DNA from: Dictyostelium discoideum
Taxonomy: Eukaryota
Assembly (NCBI GenBank): GCA_000004695.1
Contig: CM000151.3
Span: 7,200,001-7,264,000, forward strand
Reading direction: 5' to 3'
Length of the DNA stretch: 64,000 bases
Shown here in pieces: positions 48,339 through 59,576 of the stretch. The position numbers were made by a program, and so were the translations under genes. Within the stretch, counting starts at the first letter, position 1; each line of letters opens with the position of its first letter. A model generated the notes under the pieces. That model had not been told where the DNA came from, made no database searches, and was given only the letters and a program-made list of their open reading frames with translations.

Positions 48339-49372
48339 GCCTCACAATTATTTTCATTTTGTTGTTGTTGTTGTTGTTGTTTTTCTTGAGTAATTTCATC
48401 CCAAATCTCTTGTAAAGATATGAAAGCTGAAAGTGCACCACAACCACCAATATATCCATCATTTTCAATTTCATATATTGAACAAATACATAAACCAAAT
48501 TCAGCGATTGCACTAATCAATGATTTAATTTCATTTGTTCTATTATTTCTTAAAATTATTAATGTTTCTTTATTTTCCTTATATTCTTCATCTTCTTCTT
48601 CTTCTTCAATTTTTTGTTGTTTCTCTTTATTTATTTTATTTTTATTTTTTAATTTTAAAATTTGAATTATTGTATTAATTAAACCATAAATAATTCTAAT
48701 TATAAAAACTACTAAACTATAAACCCAAACGAAATTTGAAACTTTACAAACTAAATCCATAAATTTATCAGTAACTTGAAAGATTTTAATTCTTGTACCC
48801 CAAAATATTATATCATTAAGTTCTGATATAAAATTAAATGAATGGTCAATTAATTCTAGTGTATTTAAAAATGATGTACTAATATTTGTAAATGATTTAA
48901 GTGTATTTAGAATTTGACGTTTTCTAGTTAAATTTTGGTTCTCTTTTATCTCTTGATTTTGTTTATCTTTAAATTGTTTCAATGATTCAATTAAATTTTG
49001 AAAAAATTCTACTAAATTATTAAATTCTCTAAAGAATCCAAATAATCTAAACACAATTCTTGCATCACAAAAACTTGATTCTAATGATTTTAATCTTTCT
49101 TTAACTAATTTATCATTAAATTTGTTTGATTTAAATAAAATAGTTTCTAAAATTTTTATTATTCTTTTATTATTATTATTATTGACATTATTATTAATTC
49201 TTTTTTTTTTTCTTTTATCGATAAATGTATTTAATAATCTGGTTATATATTTTTTATCAACAAAATGATGTAAAAGTTGACTAAAGTATTGTATAAATTT
49301 AAATACTTTATCTCTTCCATCTAATGAATTAAAAACACTAATAATTTTATCATTAAATTCTAATATATTCAT
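48197..49372 (-). CDS. pex11: Peroxin 11 (PEX11, peroxisome division factor) with a long charged/poly-Asn insertion; single exon as read
   Basis: N-terminal PEX11 signature MNILEFNDKIISVFNSLDGRDKVFKFIQYFSQLLHHF, and a C-terminal conserved block SLISAIAEFGLCICSIYEIENDGYIGGCGALSAFISLQEIW. The stop codon abuts the (TTA)n repeat. Confidence 0.7.
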
Positions 49373-49407
49373 ATGTTTTTATAAATAGCTATGTGAAATG
49401 AATTTTG

Positions 49408-49438
<31 letters not shown>

Positions 49439-49626
49439 GATAAGGGAAAAAAAAAAAAAGTGAAAATGTGAAAAACCATCGTTTTTTATTATTATTTATT
49501 TTTATTTTTTTTTTATAAATAAATATCTAATAAAAAAAAAAAAAAAAAATCTATTATTTACAAATTTAATTTTTTTTTTTTTTTTATTTTTTTTTTTTTT
49601 ATTTAATATTTTTTTAAAATATCTGT

Positions 49627-50930
49627 TCAAATATCTCCTTCTTTTGAAATTGTAGAATCACTTTTTTCTATATTACTATTATTGGAATCAGTGATATTAT
49701 TTGAAAGTTTTTCTAATTTATTTGATATATTTTTACTGTTCTTGGAATTTGATTTTGTTTCTTTTGTAAAATCAGATGAATCATCTTTCCTTATTTTTTT
49801 TATTGCTCTTAAAAATATATAATCCCAAAATGAGTTTCCTAATACATACATTATTACAATCATTTGAGAAGTATCACATATTCCTGTAAGAAAATTTGAA
49901 ATTATCATCTGTTTTTTAAAAAAAAAGATAAAAAAAAAAAATTAAAAAAAAAAATAAATATACTTGTTTTTAAACTTAAAAATTAAATTGAATTAAATAA
50001 AATCAAAAAATAATTATTACATCTCTATAAGGTTCAGGATCTCTTGGTTCAAAAAAGTTAATTACAATATCTTGAGCTAAAACCACTATAATACAAATTA
50101 TAATTGTATAAACTAATAATTTTGATTTATAAATCATTTGTTTATAACTTTCTTGATATTTTGAAGTTTTAGATGATAGTTTCATTCTTTTTACTAAAAT
50201 TGAACCAAAAATAATTTGGGATGAAAAAAATATTGCTAAAAATACTAACATTCCAATCGCTTCAAGAATTGCAAGAGTATCATCCATTAAAAATAAAATT
50301 GAAATTGGAACTTGCCAACAGAAATAAATTGTTACAATTGAAAATGAAAATATATAAATCTTTTTTGTACTTCTAGTTCTAATTTCTTTAGATATAAAAA
50401 ATTGGTATAAGAGTTGTAACCATAATGAACCTAAAAAAGACCAACTAACAAAAACGAACCAAATTCCCCATCTTTTCCATATTCAATTTAGTTTTTAATT
50501 TTTCATTAATTTCTAAACCTTTTTTTTTTTTTTAATTTTTTTTTAAATATTTAAATTAATAACATACGAAAAGAAAAAATAAAACACTGTACCAACTTGC
50601 CAATTATCTGGATAAGCAATAAATAGAGCAGAAAAAACTACTCTTGTTGCGCAAAATAATGTCATACACAGAAATACAAAAAATTTGGTGTTTAACATGT
50701 TTTTATTAATTAATTTCTCTTTACCTTCATGAAATACTTGAGCTCCTATTATTTTTTTAATTTAATAATTATATTTTTTATTTTTTAATTAATTTATTAA
50801 TTTATTATTTATTTTTTTATATATATAATTTCTTCATACCATTAATCAATGTAAAAGCGAAATATACAACCAATTTACAAACAAACATTGCCATTGCTAT
50901 TTTCTTTTCATGATTTGGAATTTCCCCCAT
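49627..50930 (-). CDS. Seven-transmembrane (GPCR-like) membrane protein, paralogue 1 of a tandem pair; 4 exons approx 50840..50930, 50568..50745, 50021..50471, 49627..49908
   Basis: MGEIPNHEKKIAMAMFVCKLVVYFAFTLIN|GAQVFHEG...FFVFLCMTLFCATRVVFSALFIAYPDNWQVGTVFYFFFS|WGIWFVFVSWSFLGSLW...IYIFSFSIVTIYFCWQVPISILFLMDDTLAILEAIGMLVFLAIFF...LLVYTIIICIIVVLAQDIVINFFEPRDPEPYRD|MIISNFLTGICDTSQMIVIMYVLGNSFWDYIFLR... That is seven predicted helices. Donors are GTATGA, GTATGT, GTAATA. The last exon matches ORF-track 49627..49908 and exon 3 matches 50003..50287. Confidence 0.55.
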
Positions 50931-51218
50931 TTTTTTCTTTATTATTTAGAGTAAAATAAAATAAAAAAAATTTATTATTTTATTATTTTTTTTTTCTATT
51001 TTTGTTTTTTATTTTTATTAAAAGAGGTAATGATTTGTGGCAGTATTTTTTTTTTTTTAAAAAAAAAAAATAAAAAAAGAAAAAATAAAAAAAATAAAAA
51101 TTAAAATAAAATAACAGAAAGTGTGAAATCTCATTGTGAATCGAAACTGTTTCGTGGTAGGCGATCACTTTTTTTTTTTTAAAAATTTTTTAAAAATAAA
51201 AAAATGGGTTTTGATTTT

Positions 51219-51276
<58 letters not shown>

Positions 51277-51358
51277 ATTTTCGAATTATCTCGGAATTAG
51301 ATTTAAGCACCTCCTCCCTTCAGTATTAGCAGTGAATTATTTTTTATTTTTTTATTAT

Positions 51359-52516
51359 TTACATAACATTATTAATAGTATCATCAGTTGAAACTTTACT
51401 ATTATTATTTTCACTATTTATTGATATAGTATTACTTTCATTACTTTCATTTGATTTTACAGTTGGTAAAGATACCGGTAATGAATTTAAACTACTACCA
51501 CCAATAACAATATGATTTTTTTGTTTTTCAATTCTTTTAAATTTGAAATAATTTTTAAAAGAAAGTTCACCCATTACAAAAATTACCATTATCATTTGAA
51601 ATGAGTCAGCAATTCCCACAATGAAATTACTTATTATCATATAAACATATGGTTGAGGATTTTGTGGTAAAATAAAATTTATTACTATATCTTGTACTAC
51701 TACAACTATAATTACAATGATAATTGTTGATAGTAATATCTTTGATTTTAAAATCATCTTTTTATAGAAATCTTCATATTGTGCTTTTTTTGAAGATTTC
51801 TTCATTCTTCCAACTAATATCCAACCATTAATTGCAACAGCTAATGAATATACACTTATAAATACAACCATTCCTATTGCCTCTAAAATTGCAATAGAAT
51901 TATCCATTAAAAATATAATTTGAATAATAATTTGCCAACATAGATAAATACCAACTAAAATTGAAGAAATATAATAAATCTTTTTTATATTATTAGAACT
52001 CTTTGTTTTCATTTTTTTAGAAAGAAAGAATTGATATACAATTTGGGCCCATAATGATCCTAAAAAACTCCATTCTTAAAATTTTTAAAATTTTTAAAAT
52101 TTTAAAATTATTAATAATTAATTTATTTTATTTATTTTTTCAAATTAGATTGATACCTTACCACAAAATACAAAAAATACTCCATAAGAGAACCAAAAAT
52201 AGTGCCAAGTACCAACTTTCCAATCGTTAGGGAAAATTACAAATAATACTGAAAATATAACTCTTGTTAAACAAAAAAGAAATAAACAAAGGAATATTAT
52301 AAATTTTGTATTTACCATATTCCTTACAACAACAATTGACTTTCTTTCATGCCAAACTTGGAAACCTTTATATTAAATCATATATTAAAATTTATTATTT
52401 TATTAAATTATTATTTTTTAATTTAATTTATCTTTACCATTCAAAACCATGAAAATAAAATAAAAAACTATTTTAAAAATAAAAAGTGTATAGGCTATCT
52501 TTTCTTCATGATTCAT
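51359..52516 (-). CDS. Seven-transmembrane (GPCR-like) membrane protein, paralogue 2 of the tandem pair; 3 exons approx 52438..52516, 52162..52365, 51359..52074
   Basis: MNHEEKIAYTLFIFKIVFYFIFMVLN|GFQVWHERKS...NTKFIIFLCLFLFCLTRVIFSVLFVIFPNDWKVGTWHYFWFSYGVFFVFC|EWSFLGSLWAQIVYQFFLSKKMKTKSS...QIIFLMDNSIAILEAIGMVVFISVY...IVINFILPQNPQPYVYMIISNFIVGIADSFQMIMVIFVMG... It is co-linear with paralogue 1 at about 45-50% identity. It lacks paralogue 1's last intron and has a different exon-2/3 junction. Total CDS is 999 nt, in frame. Confidence 0.55.
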
Positions 52517-52670
52517 CTTTGATTCATAAAATAAATAAAATAAATATAATAAAAAAATAAAAAAAAAAAAAAAATGAGAAAAAAAAAAAAAAATATTAAA
52601 AAATAAAAATAGATTTGCGTTGATGAAAAAAAAAATCAAAAAAATATTTGAAATTAAATTCGATTTGAGA

Positions 52671-52710
<40 letters not shown>

Positions 52711-52735
52711 TGTTAAATATTTATCTATTTATTTT

Positions 52736-52769
<34 letters not shown>

Positions 52770-53360
52770 AAATAAACTAAATTTGTGACATACGTGGTGA
52801 CATTCATATATTGAATTATCTTCTGTGAGATACGATACATACTCAATTAAATGATAAGTGTTACTTAAAAGAGCTCGATAATCACATTTAAAAATAGTAT
52901 TTATATCAGTTTTTGAAATATTTGTATACCAGAGGATTATTATTTTTAATTTTTTATTTTTTTTTTTTTTTTTTTTTCTCTAAGTAAAAAACCCTTATTT
53001 TAAAACATATATTTATTTTACCGATGTTTTTTTTATCAATATAATTTTTCAATAATTCTTGAATTTTATCATTATATGATTATTTTTCAAAATCTATTAT
53101 ATTTCATTTTTATCAATATCAATTGGTATTATTTTTTTATTAAGTTATTAAATTTCAAAATCACTTTTAAGTGATTAAGTACCCTAGTAAAATTTGTCAT
53201 AAAATGATGAATCTTCCTTTTTTTTTTTTCCCGTGTAATATTCTAATTTTTTTTTATTTTTTAATACTAAAACTAGTAAAAGAATTATATATTATCACAA
53301 AGTTGGTTTTTTTTTTCTTTAATTTTTTATTTTATTTTATTTATTTTTTTTTTTTTTTTT

Positions 53361-54244
53361 GTGTACAGATCACCCAAAGATACAGTATTCTTTTGTTTGG
53401 ATTGTAAATTAAAACCATGTTGTACTCAATGTACATCAAATAAAGGTGAACATCATGGTCATAGAACTGATTCATTAGAATTAGTAAATACTCTTTCAGT
53501 ATTGGAACATACTCAAGATATAATGGATAGACTTATAACTTCTTCAATTAAAGATAAGAATGAATTACTTAAAATATTAGTTTATAATTATAATAATGAA
53601 TATCATAATAAAGAGATCTTTGAAAAATTTAATGAAATTTCAAAATTTAATGATCAACAAATTTTTAATAATGAAGATTGTTTTAATGTTCATGGAGATA
53701 CAATTAAAACTATTAAATGTAAGCTTTATACAGTTTTTTTTTTTTTTTTTTTTTAATAAATTATTTTAACATTTCATTCTAATTATTACTAAATATAGTT
53801 AACAATTTAAACTTTAATATTTATAAAGAGGGTGATATTCTTAATTTTAAGGAGAATGTGGGTATAGAATTCAAAGACAATTCTATAAAAAATCAATTAC
53901 CATCAAGTGTAATGCTCTTGGATGGATTCAATCAAAAATTAACACCAGGTATATTACCAGATCATATTAAATGGTTGCATTTAGGTGATATTAAACAAGA
54001 ATTAATTGTTGGCTCAATTCCTAATACTGTGACTCATGTCACTTTATTTGATGGATTTAATCTAAAATTAACACCAGGTATATTGCCAAATTGTCTTGAA
54101 TCCTTGTATTTAGGTAATATTGGACAAGAATTTATGATTGGTTCCATTCCTAATACTGTGAAGAAAGTAAAAATTTCTGAAAATTTTAAACACCAAATTG
54201 AACCTTTTGTTTCAAAAAATGAAATAATAATTAAATTAGGTTGA
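53361..54244 (+). CDS. B-box zinc-finger + FNIP-repeat protein; exons approx 53361..53718 and 53799..54244. The 5' end is incomplete: there is no ATG (the ORF-track start is GTG), an acceptor CAG lies at 53368, and an upstream start exon is expected
   Basis: B-box-like Cys/His cluster FFCLDCKLKPCCTQCTSNKGEHHGH. The donor is T|GTAAGC at 53719 and the acceptor ATATAG at 53798 (phase 1, T+TT=Phe). FNIP repeats follow: DGFNQKLTPGILPDHIKWLHLGD...GSIPNTVTHVTLFDGFNLKLTPGILPNCLESLYLGN...GSIPNTVKKVKIS. The B-box + FNIP pairing is a known Dictyostelium architecture. Confidence 0.55.
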
Positions 54245-54557
54245 AGTTAAACAATTCCAATAAAAAAAATAAAAAAAAAATAAAAAAAAAATAAAAAAAA
54301 ATTAATAATTCTCTTTTATACAAATAAATTTTAAAACTGATTTAAAAAACTTATTTAAAATGTGAAGATGTAAGATTTTTAAGGTTGGTATTATTGATAT
54401 TATAATATATTGTTGTAAATTGTTTATAAAATTTATTATTTATTTTAATTTATTATTTTATTTATTTTTAATTTTTATTTTATTTTATTTTTTTAATTAA
54501 AAAAAAAAACTATAAGAATAAAAATAAAATGCAAAGAACTTAATTTGAATTAAATTA

Positions 54558-55694
54558 TCAATTTAATAATTTTGTTTTTTCATTTGGTTCTTGTTGTTGA
54601 CGTTGAGAAATAAAATTATTATTATTATTATTATTACTATTACTATTGTTGTTGTTATTATTATTATTATTATCGAAAAGATCACTACGACCATCATCAA
54701 TATTATTAATTGAAATATCAACACCTTCATTGGCACTATATAACATTGGTTTAAATTCATGAGGATTTAAAGCTTTATGTTGTAATAGGATTTCACAAAT
54801 TTCATCATCAGAAGTTTGATTAAAAGTAAAAGTATGAGATTTTACAAATCTTACAAAAACTGAACGATCTTGATACTTTTCATTGATAACATGATCAATT
54901 AAATCTTGATATTTGAAAATATCGAAAATGGTAATATTTTTAAATTGTTTAACGGTTGTATAGGAGAGGTGAGACATCATATTCTTGAAATCTAAATCAG
55001 AGAGTAAATTAACGTAGGCAATAAAGTACATTAGAGGGAAAAAGACATAGGTAAGGAAGAATTGAACGATTAGACTAATTGAACTAACCATATTTGTTCC
55101 AAATAAAAGATGAACGTTTAAACCGTTGCATGGCATATCGCCATATTGGTGGTTACGCCAGTAAACCCATACAAACTTTAGTCCCATAAATACAAGAATA
55201 TTAACAAATAGGAAAATGGTTAAACGCACCTCATGTTTCTTTTCACCTTCAATGAAAATTTTAGAAGTGGCTAAAATATTTTGAATTCTCTTTCTCTTTA
55301 AATATAATAAATAATCCAAAGTTAAATATAATATCACTTCTAATAAAAAGCAAATAAATGAAATTAATAAAATTAATCCAGAATATTGATCACCTTGTAA
55401 ACCAAATAGACTAACTGGGAAATTTAATGAATATTTTGAATCGGTATGGAAATATTCATTTAAACATTCTGGAACTCCTTCTATGAAACAATTATCTAAA
55501 GACATTGAATCCGTTGTACCATTTTTACCATTTCCAGAACATTCTACAATTGTCATTGTTGTAAATTCTTGATAAAATCCAACTTCCATAAAAACCATAA
55601 AACCTAATGTAATAATTCCAATAACTATAATTCTTACAATTGTAGGTTGAACTGTTTTTAAATAATTATTAAAATCAAATTTGAATTGATCCAT
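54558..55694 (-). CDS. Four-TM membrane protein, member A of a tandem triplicated lineage-specific family; single exon
   Basis: MDQFKFDFNNYLKTVQP..TM1..Cys-containing ectodomain (ECSGNG...DNCFIEGVPECLNEYFHTDSKYSLNF)..TM2..KRKRIQNILATSKIFIEGEKKHE..TM3..TM4..LSDLDFKNMMSHLS...DEICEILLQHKALNPHEFKPMLY... It is co-linear with the two downstream copies. Confidence 0.6.
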   Translation of the reverse strand: MDQFKFDFNNYLKTVQPTIVRIIVIGIITLGFMVFMEVGFYQEFTTMTIVECSGNGKNGTTDSMSLDNCFIEGVPECLNEYFHTDSKYSLNFPVSLFGLQGDQYSGLILLISFICFLLEVILYLTLDYLLYLKRKRIQNILATSKIFIEGEKKHEVRLTIFLFVNILVFMGLKFVWVYWRNHQYGDMPCNGLNVHLLFGTNMVSSISLIVQFFLTYVFFPLMYFIAYVNLLSDLDFKNMMSHLSYTTVKQFKNITIFDIFKYQDLIDHVINEKYQDRSVFVRFVKSHTFTFNQTSDDEICEILLQHKALNPHEFKPMLYSANEGVDISINNIDDGRSDLFDNNNNNNNNNSNSNNNNNNNFISQRQQQEPNEKTKLLN

Positions 55695-56368
55695 TTTTTT
55701 TTTTTTTTTTTTTTTCTCTCCTCTCCTTTTTTATTTTATTTTTATATAAATACAATTATTTTTTTTTTATTTTTATTTTTATTTTATGTTTTCTTTTTTT
55801 TTTTTTTTTTTTTTTTGAATATGCTTTTTTTTTTTTTTTTTTTTTTTCTATTAATAAATTTTGGTTTAGTTTAGGGGAAAAAAAAAATAAATAATAATTA
55901 AATTAAATAAAATTTAATTAAAAAAAAAAAATATAATTAAATTTTTATTTTTTTTTATTTTTCCATAATTCTGTAACCTATAAATAAACTTTTTTAATCT
56001 CAATTACCACATGCAAGGTTATGATAAAAAAAATTTAATTCAAAAAAATTAAAATTTTTTTTTTTTTTAACACTGGTTCCAAAAATTGACACTTGATGAC
56101 GCCAACATTTTTTTTTTTCAAACACCAAACCACAAAACTAAAAAAAATATCTAACCCACTGGTTTTTTTTCAAACAACTTTTCCAATTATAACGGACAAA
56201 AATAATATCAATTTGAGCTTTGAAATGAAAAAAAATAAAAAAATAAAAAAAAAAATAAAATAAAAAAATAAAAAAATTTAAACATTGTTTTTTTTATTTG
56301 TTATTTATAGTTTATTTTATTTTTTTTTTTTTATATTAATATCTTACATATTTTTTTTTTTTTTTTTT

Positions 56369-57430
56369 TTAATTTATTAATTTATCTTTTTCATTATGAT
56401 CATCATCATTACTACCAATAAATGATTTTGAAAGTTTTGATTCATTATAAAGCATTGGTTGAAAATCTTGTGGATTTGAAATTTTATAAGATAATAGAAT
56501 TTCAACAATTTCAGAAATTGGTGTTTTGAAAAAGCTAAATGTATTCTTACGTAAAAATAAAATTAATTTTGAATCTTTTGGATGTCTTTGAGGTATAGCA
56601 GAATCAATGATTTTATTATATTTATCAAAATCCAATACAGTGATTTGTTTAATTTGTTTAATACTTTCATGAGAGAGATGGTCAGTCATTTTCTTGAAAT
56701 CCAAATCTGATAAATAATTAATCCAACTACCAAGGAAAACCAATGGGAAAATTATATATGGAATTGAACTTGTGATTAAGGTTCCAATCGATGCAGATAA
56801 GGTGCCCAAGAAATTCACATTGTAAACATTACCATCACATTCGATATTACTATATTGGTTATCCCTATAAATGATCCAAATCACTTTTAAACCAATATAA
56901 ATCAAACCTGAAACTGCAAAATAAATAGTTAACCTTTTTTCAAACTTTTTATTACCATTTAAAAATATTTTAGATTCTGATAAAATTTGTTGAATTCTCG
57001 TTCTCTTTACCCAATTAAAATAATGCATTCCTTGATAAATTAATTGAATTCCAAGGAATAATAAAACTGCAAAACCAATTAATAATGAACTATATTTATC
57101 AGTTGGCAAACCCAACATTGACACTGAAAAAGCTAAAGAATAATTTGAACCTGTATTAAATTGTTGATTAACGCATGTTGTAAATTTAAATCCTTCATAA
57201 AAACAATTTTCTAAAGAATTTGAACTTGTAATACTACTACTATTATTTTTAATTACAATTGATGGTAATGTACATCCAACAATTTGCATTTTGTCAAAAT
57301 TTGAAAAAAATGTATATTCACCAACCATTAATAATCCAAAACCAATTAAAATTGTTAATAAAACTCTAATTGGTTTTGGTTGTGTAACATTTAAATAATT
57401 ATTAAATTCGAATGTAAATTGATCATTCAT
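56369..57430 (-). CDS. Four-TM membrane protein, member B of the tandem triplicated family; single exon
   Basis: MNDQFTFEFNNYLNVTQP...CTLPS...ENCFYEGFKFTTC...NTGSNYSLAF...KRTRIQQILSESKIFLNGNKKFE...LSDLDFKKMTDHLS...SEIVEILLSYKISNPQDFQPMLY... Confidence 0.6.
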   Translation of the reverse strand: MNDQFTFEFNNYLNVTQPKPIRVLLTILIGFGLLMVGEYTFFSNFDKMQIVGCTLPSIVIKNNSSSITSSNSLENCFYEGFKFTTCVNQQFNTGSNYSLAFSVSMLGLPTDKYSSLLIGFAVLLFLGIQLIYQGMHYFNWVKRTRIQQILSESKIFLNGNKKFEKRLTIYFAVSGLIYIGLKVIWIIYRDNQYSNIECDGNVYNVNFLGTLSASIGTLITSSIPYIIFPLVFLGSWINYLSDLDFKKMTDHLSHESIKQIKQITVLDFDKYNKIIDSAIPQRHPKDSKLILFLRKNTFSFFKTPISEIVEILLSYKISNPQDFQPMLYNESKLSKSFIGSNDDDHNEKDKLIN

Positions 57431-57480
57431 TTCTTTATTATTTATTTATATATATTTAATTAATTAATTTATTTATTTAT

Positions 57481-57520
57481 TTATATATTAATTTATTTAT
57501 TAATTTATTTATTTATTTTT

Positions 57521-57580
<60 letters not shown>

Positions 57581-57595
57581 TTATTAATTTATTAA
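57481..57595. repeat. (TTTA)n microsatellite, ~20 units, between family members B and C
   Basis: atttatttatttatttattt... run immediately upstream of the start of the 56369..57430 gene. Confidence 0.8.
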
Positions 57596-57631
<36 letters not shown>

Positions 57632-57872
57632 GATATGATTGAAGAAAAAAATAATTAAAAATAAAAATAAAAAGAATTTTCTTTATTTTTATTTATAAAA
57701 TTGGTGCAATTGTTGTGGAGTGTAACCTTAGATAAAATAAAATCATTATTTTTAGAATTTTTATAATAAAATTTTTGGTCAAAGGCGTTTGGAATAAAAA
57801 AAAATAAAAAAAATGAAAAAAAAATAAAAAATAAAAAAAAAATAAAAAAATGTCTTTTCAGATGCCACCACC

Positions 57873-57903
<31 letters not shown>

Positions 57904-58319
57904 ATTTCTATTTTTTCAAGTGTATTTTTAATTCATCAGAAAATCTCCTCATCTGGATTATTTACAGTTTTTATTTGTCATTTTTAAAAGTTTGAGTAAC
58001 TATTTTTCAAAAAAATAGGGGACATCTATAAAAATTAACTTTTTAATCCAATCTAAAAATAACAAAAAGAAAAAAAAGACTTTAAATTAAAAGACTCAAA
58101 TCAATAATTCTCATTTAACTACTTTTTTTTTTTCGAATTTTTCGAATTTTTACCAGGATTTGGATTTTCGATACCAAAGATATCTTTATTTTTTAGGATG
58201 CCATCGCATTTAATTTAATAAGATTATCTTTATTATTTTTTTTTTAATTTAAATTTAAAATAAAAAAAAATAAAAAAAAAAAAAAATAAAAAAAAAAAAA
58301 AGAAAAAAAGAAGAAAATT

Positions 58320-58386
<67 letters not shown>

Positions 58387-58387
58387 T

Positions 58388-59413
58388 TTATAAATATTGA
58401 TTTTGAATTAAATTATCATTAATTCTATTTTCATTTAAAAAAGTAGATTTAATATTTTTTGTTTGTATTGATTTAAATTCATCAGGTGAAGATTCTTTAT
58501 GTAATAATAAAATTTCAACAATTTCAGATGTTGAAGTTTTCCAAAATTTGAATGTATTACATTTTAAAAATAAAATAAAATTTTTATCATTTGAATATCT
58601 TTTTTTTAAAGTTGAATTTAATAATTTATTATATTTATCCATATCAAATATATAAATTTCATTAATTTTTTCTAAACTAATTTTTGAAAGATTTTCAGCC
58701 AATTTTTTAAATTCTAATTCTGATAAATAATTTAACCAACCCATTAAAAAAACACCAGGAATAATTAAATAACCAATTGAACCCATTACTATACCTGAAA
58801 TATAAGAAAATAAACTTTTTTCAAATTCCAAGTAATATGTATCTCCTGAACATTCAATTTCACTATAAATATCGTATCTATTTAATAACCACATAATTTT
58901 AGAACAAATATAACCAATACCAGTAACTAATAGAAATATTGTAACTTTTTTTTCATTTCTTTTATTTCCATCAATTAAAATTAAAGAACCTGATAAAACA
59001 TCTTGAATTCTTTTTCTCTTTACACTTTGAAAATATTGTGCAGTTTGGAATGTACTTAAAAATGTTATAAATAAAATCACCAATATTGTACCAATCAAAC
59101 CATTATATTTATCAGATTTTCCACCAACATTAAATGCTAAAGAATAATTTGAACCTGTATTATAATAATTATTTATACATTTTGTTACTAATAAATCATT
59201 ATTAAAACAATTATCAATATTCATTTCATTTGAATCTTTTTGATTTGGAAGTGAACAGCCAATTGCAACAAATTTTTCAAAACCTTTAAAAAAACCGGCT
59301 TCAGTTAAAATCATTAAGATGACCCCAATCGCCATTTGAATATAGATTCTAAATGGTTTTGGTTGACATTTTTTTAAATAACTACTAAATTCAAATGAAA
59401 AATGATTATCCAT
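58388..59413 (-). CDS. Four-TM membrane protein, member C of the tandem triplicated family; single exon
   Basis: MDNHFSFEFSSYLKKCQP...CSLPNQ...DNCFNNDLLVTKC...NTGSNYSLAF...KRKRIQDVLSGSLILIDGNKRNE...LSELEFKKLAENLS...SEIVEILLLHKESSPDEFKSI... Confidence 0.6.
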   Translation of the reverse strand: MDNHFSFEFSSYLKKCQPKPFRIYIQMAIGVILMILTEAGFFKGFEKFVAIGCSLPNQKDSNEMNIDNCFNNDLLVTKCINNYYNTGSNYSLAFNVGGKSDKYNGLIGTILVILFITFLSTFQTAQYFQSVKRKRIQDVLSGSLILIDGNKRNEKKVTIFLLVTGIGYICSKIMWLLNRYDIYSEIECSGDTYYLEFEKSLFSYISGIVMGSIGYLIIPGVFLMGWLNYLSELEFKKLAENLSKISLEKINEIYIFDMDKYNKLLNSTLKKRYSNDKNFILFLKCNTFKFWKTSTSEIVEILLLHKESSPDEFKSIQTKNIKSTFLNENRINDNLIQNQYL

Positions 59414-59535
59414 TTTTTTTTTTAAAATAAATAAATAAATAAAAAAATAATAATAATAATATATAATAATTATAATAATAATAATAATAATAATAATATT
59501 AATAAAAAATAATAAAAAGTATTGATTTAAGTGAT

Positions 59536-59576
<41 letters not shown>

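Noticed and set aside
51121-51345. Hairpin CGAAACTGTTTCG + poly(T) (51139-51175), and CCTTCAGTATTAGCAG (51305-51330) as a possible class-I ncRNA between the 7-TM paralogues
   Set aside because: It is only a 6-bp stem and a loose resemblance to the class-I motif, and no upstream DUSE-like CCCAYAA element was found. This is too weak to call.
52162-52365. Apparent -1 frameshift in exon 2 of 7-TM paralogue 2 relative to paralogue 1 (would have meant a pseudogene)
   Set aside because: On recounting, the T-homopolymer (CTTTTTTG) has six Ts rather than five, and the exon is 204 nt and in frame throughout. It was my transcription slip, not a real lesion. I therefore avoid any claim that depends on homopolymer length.
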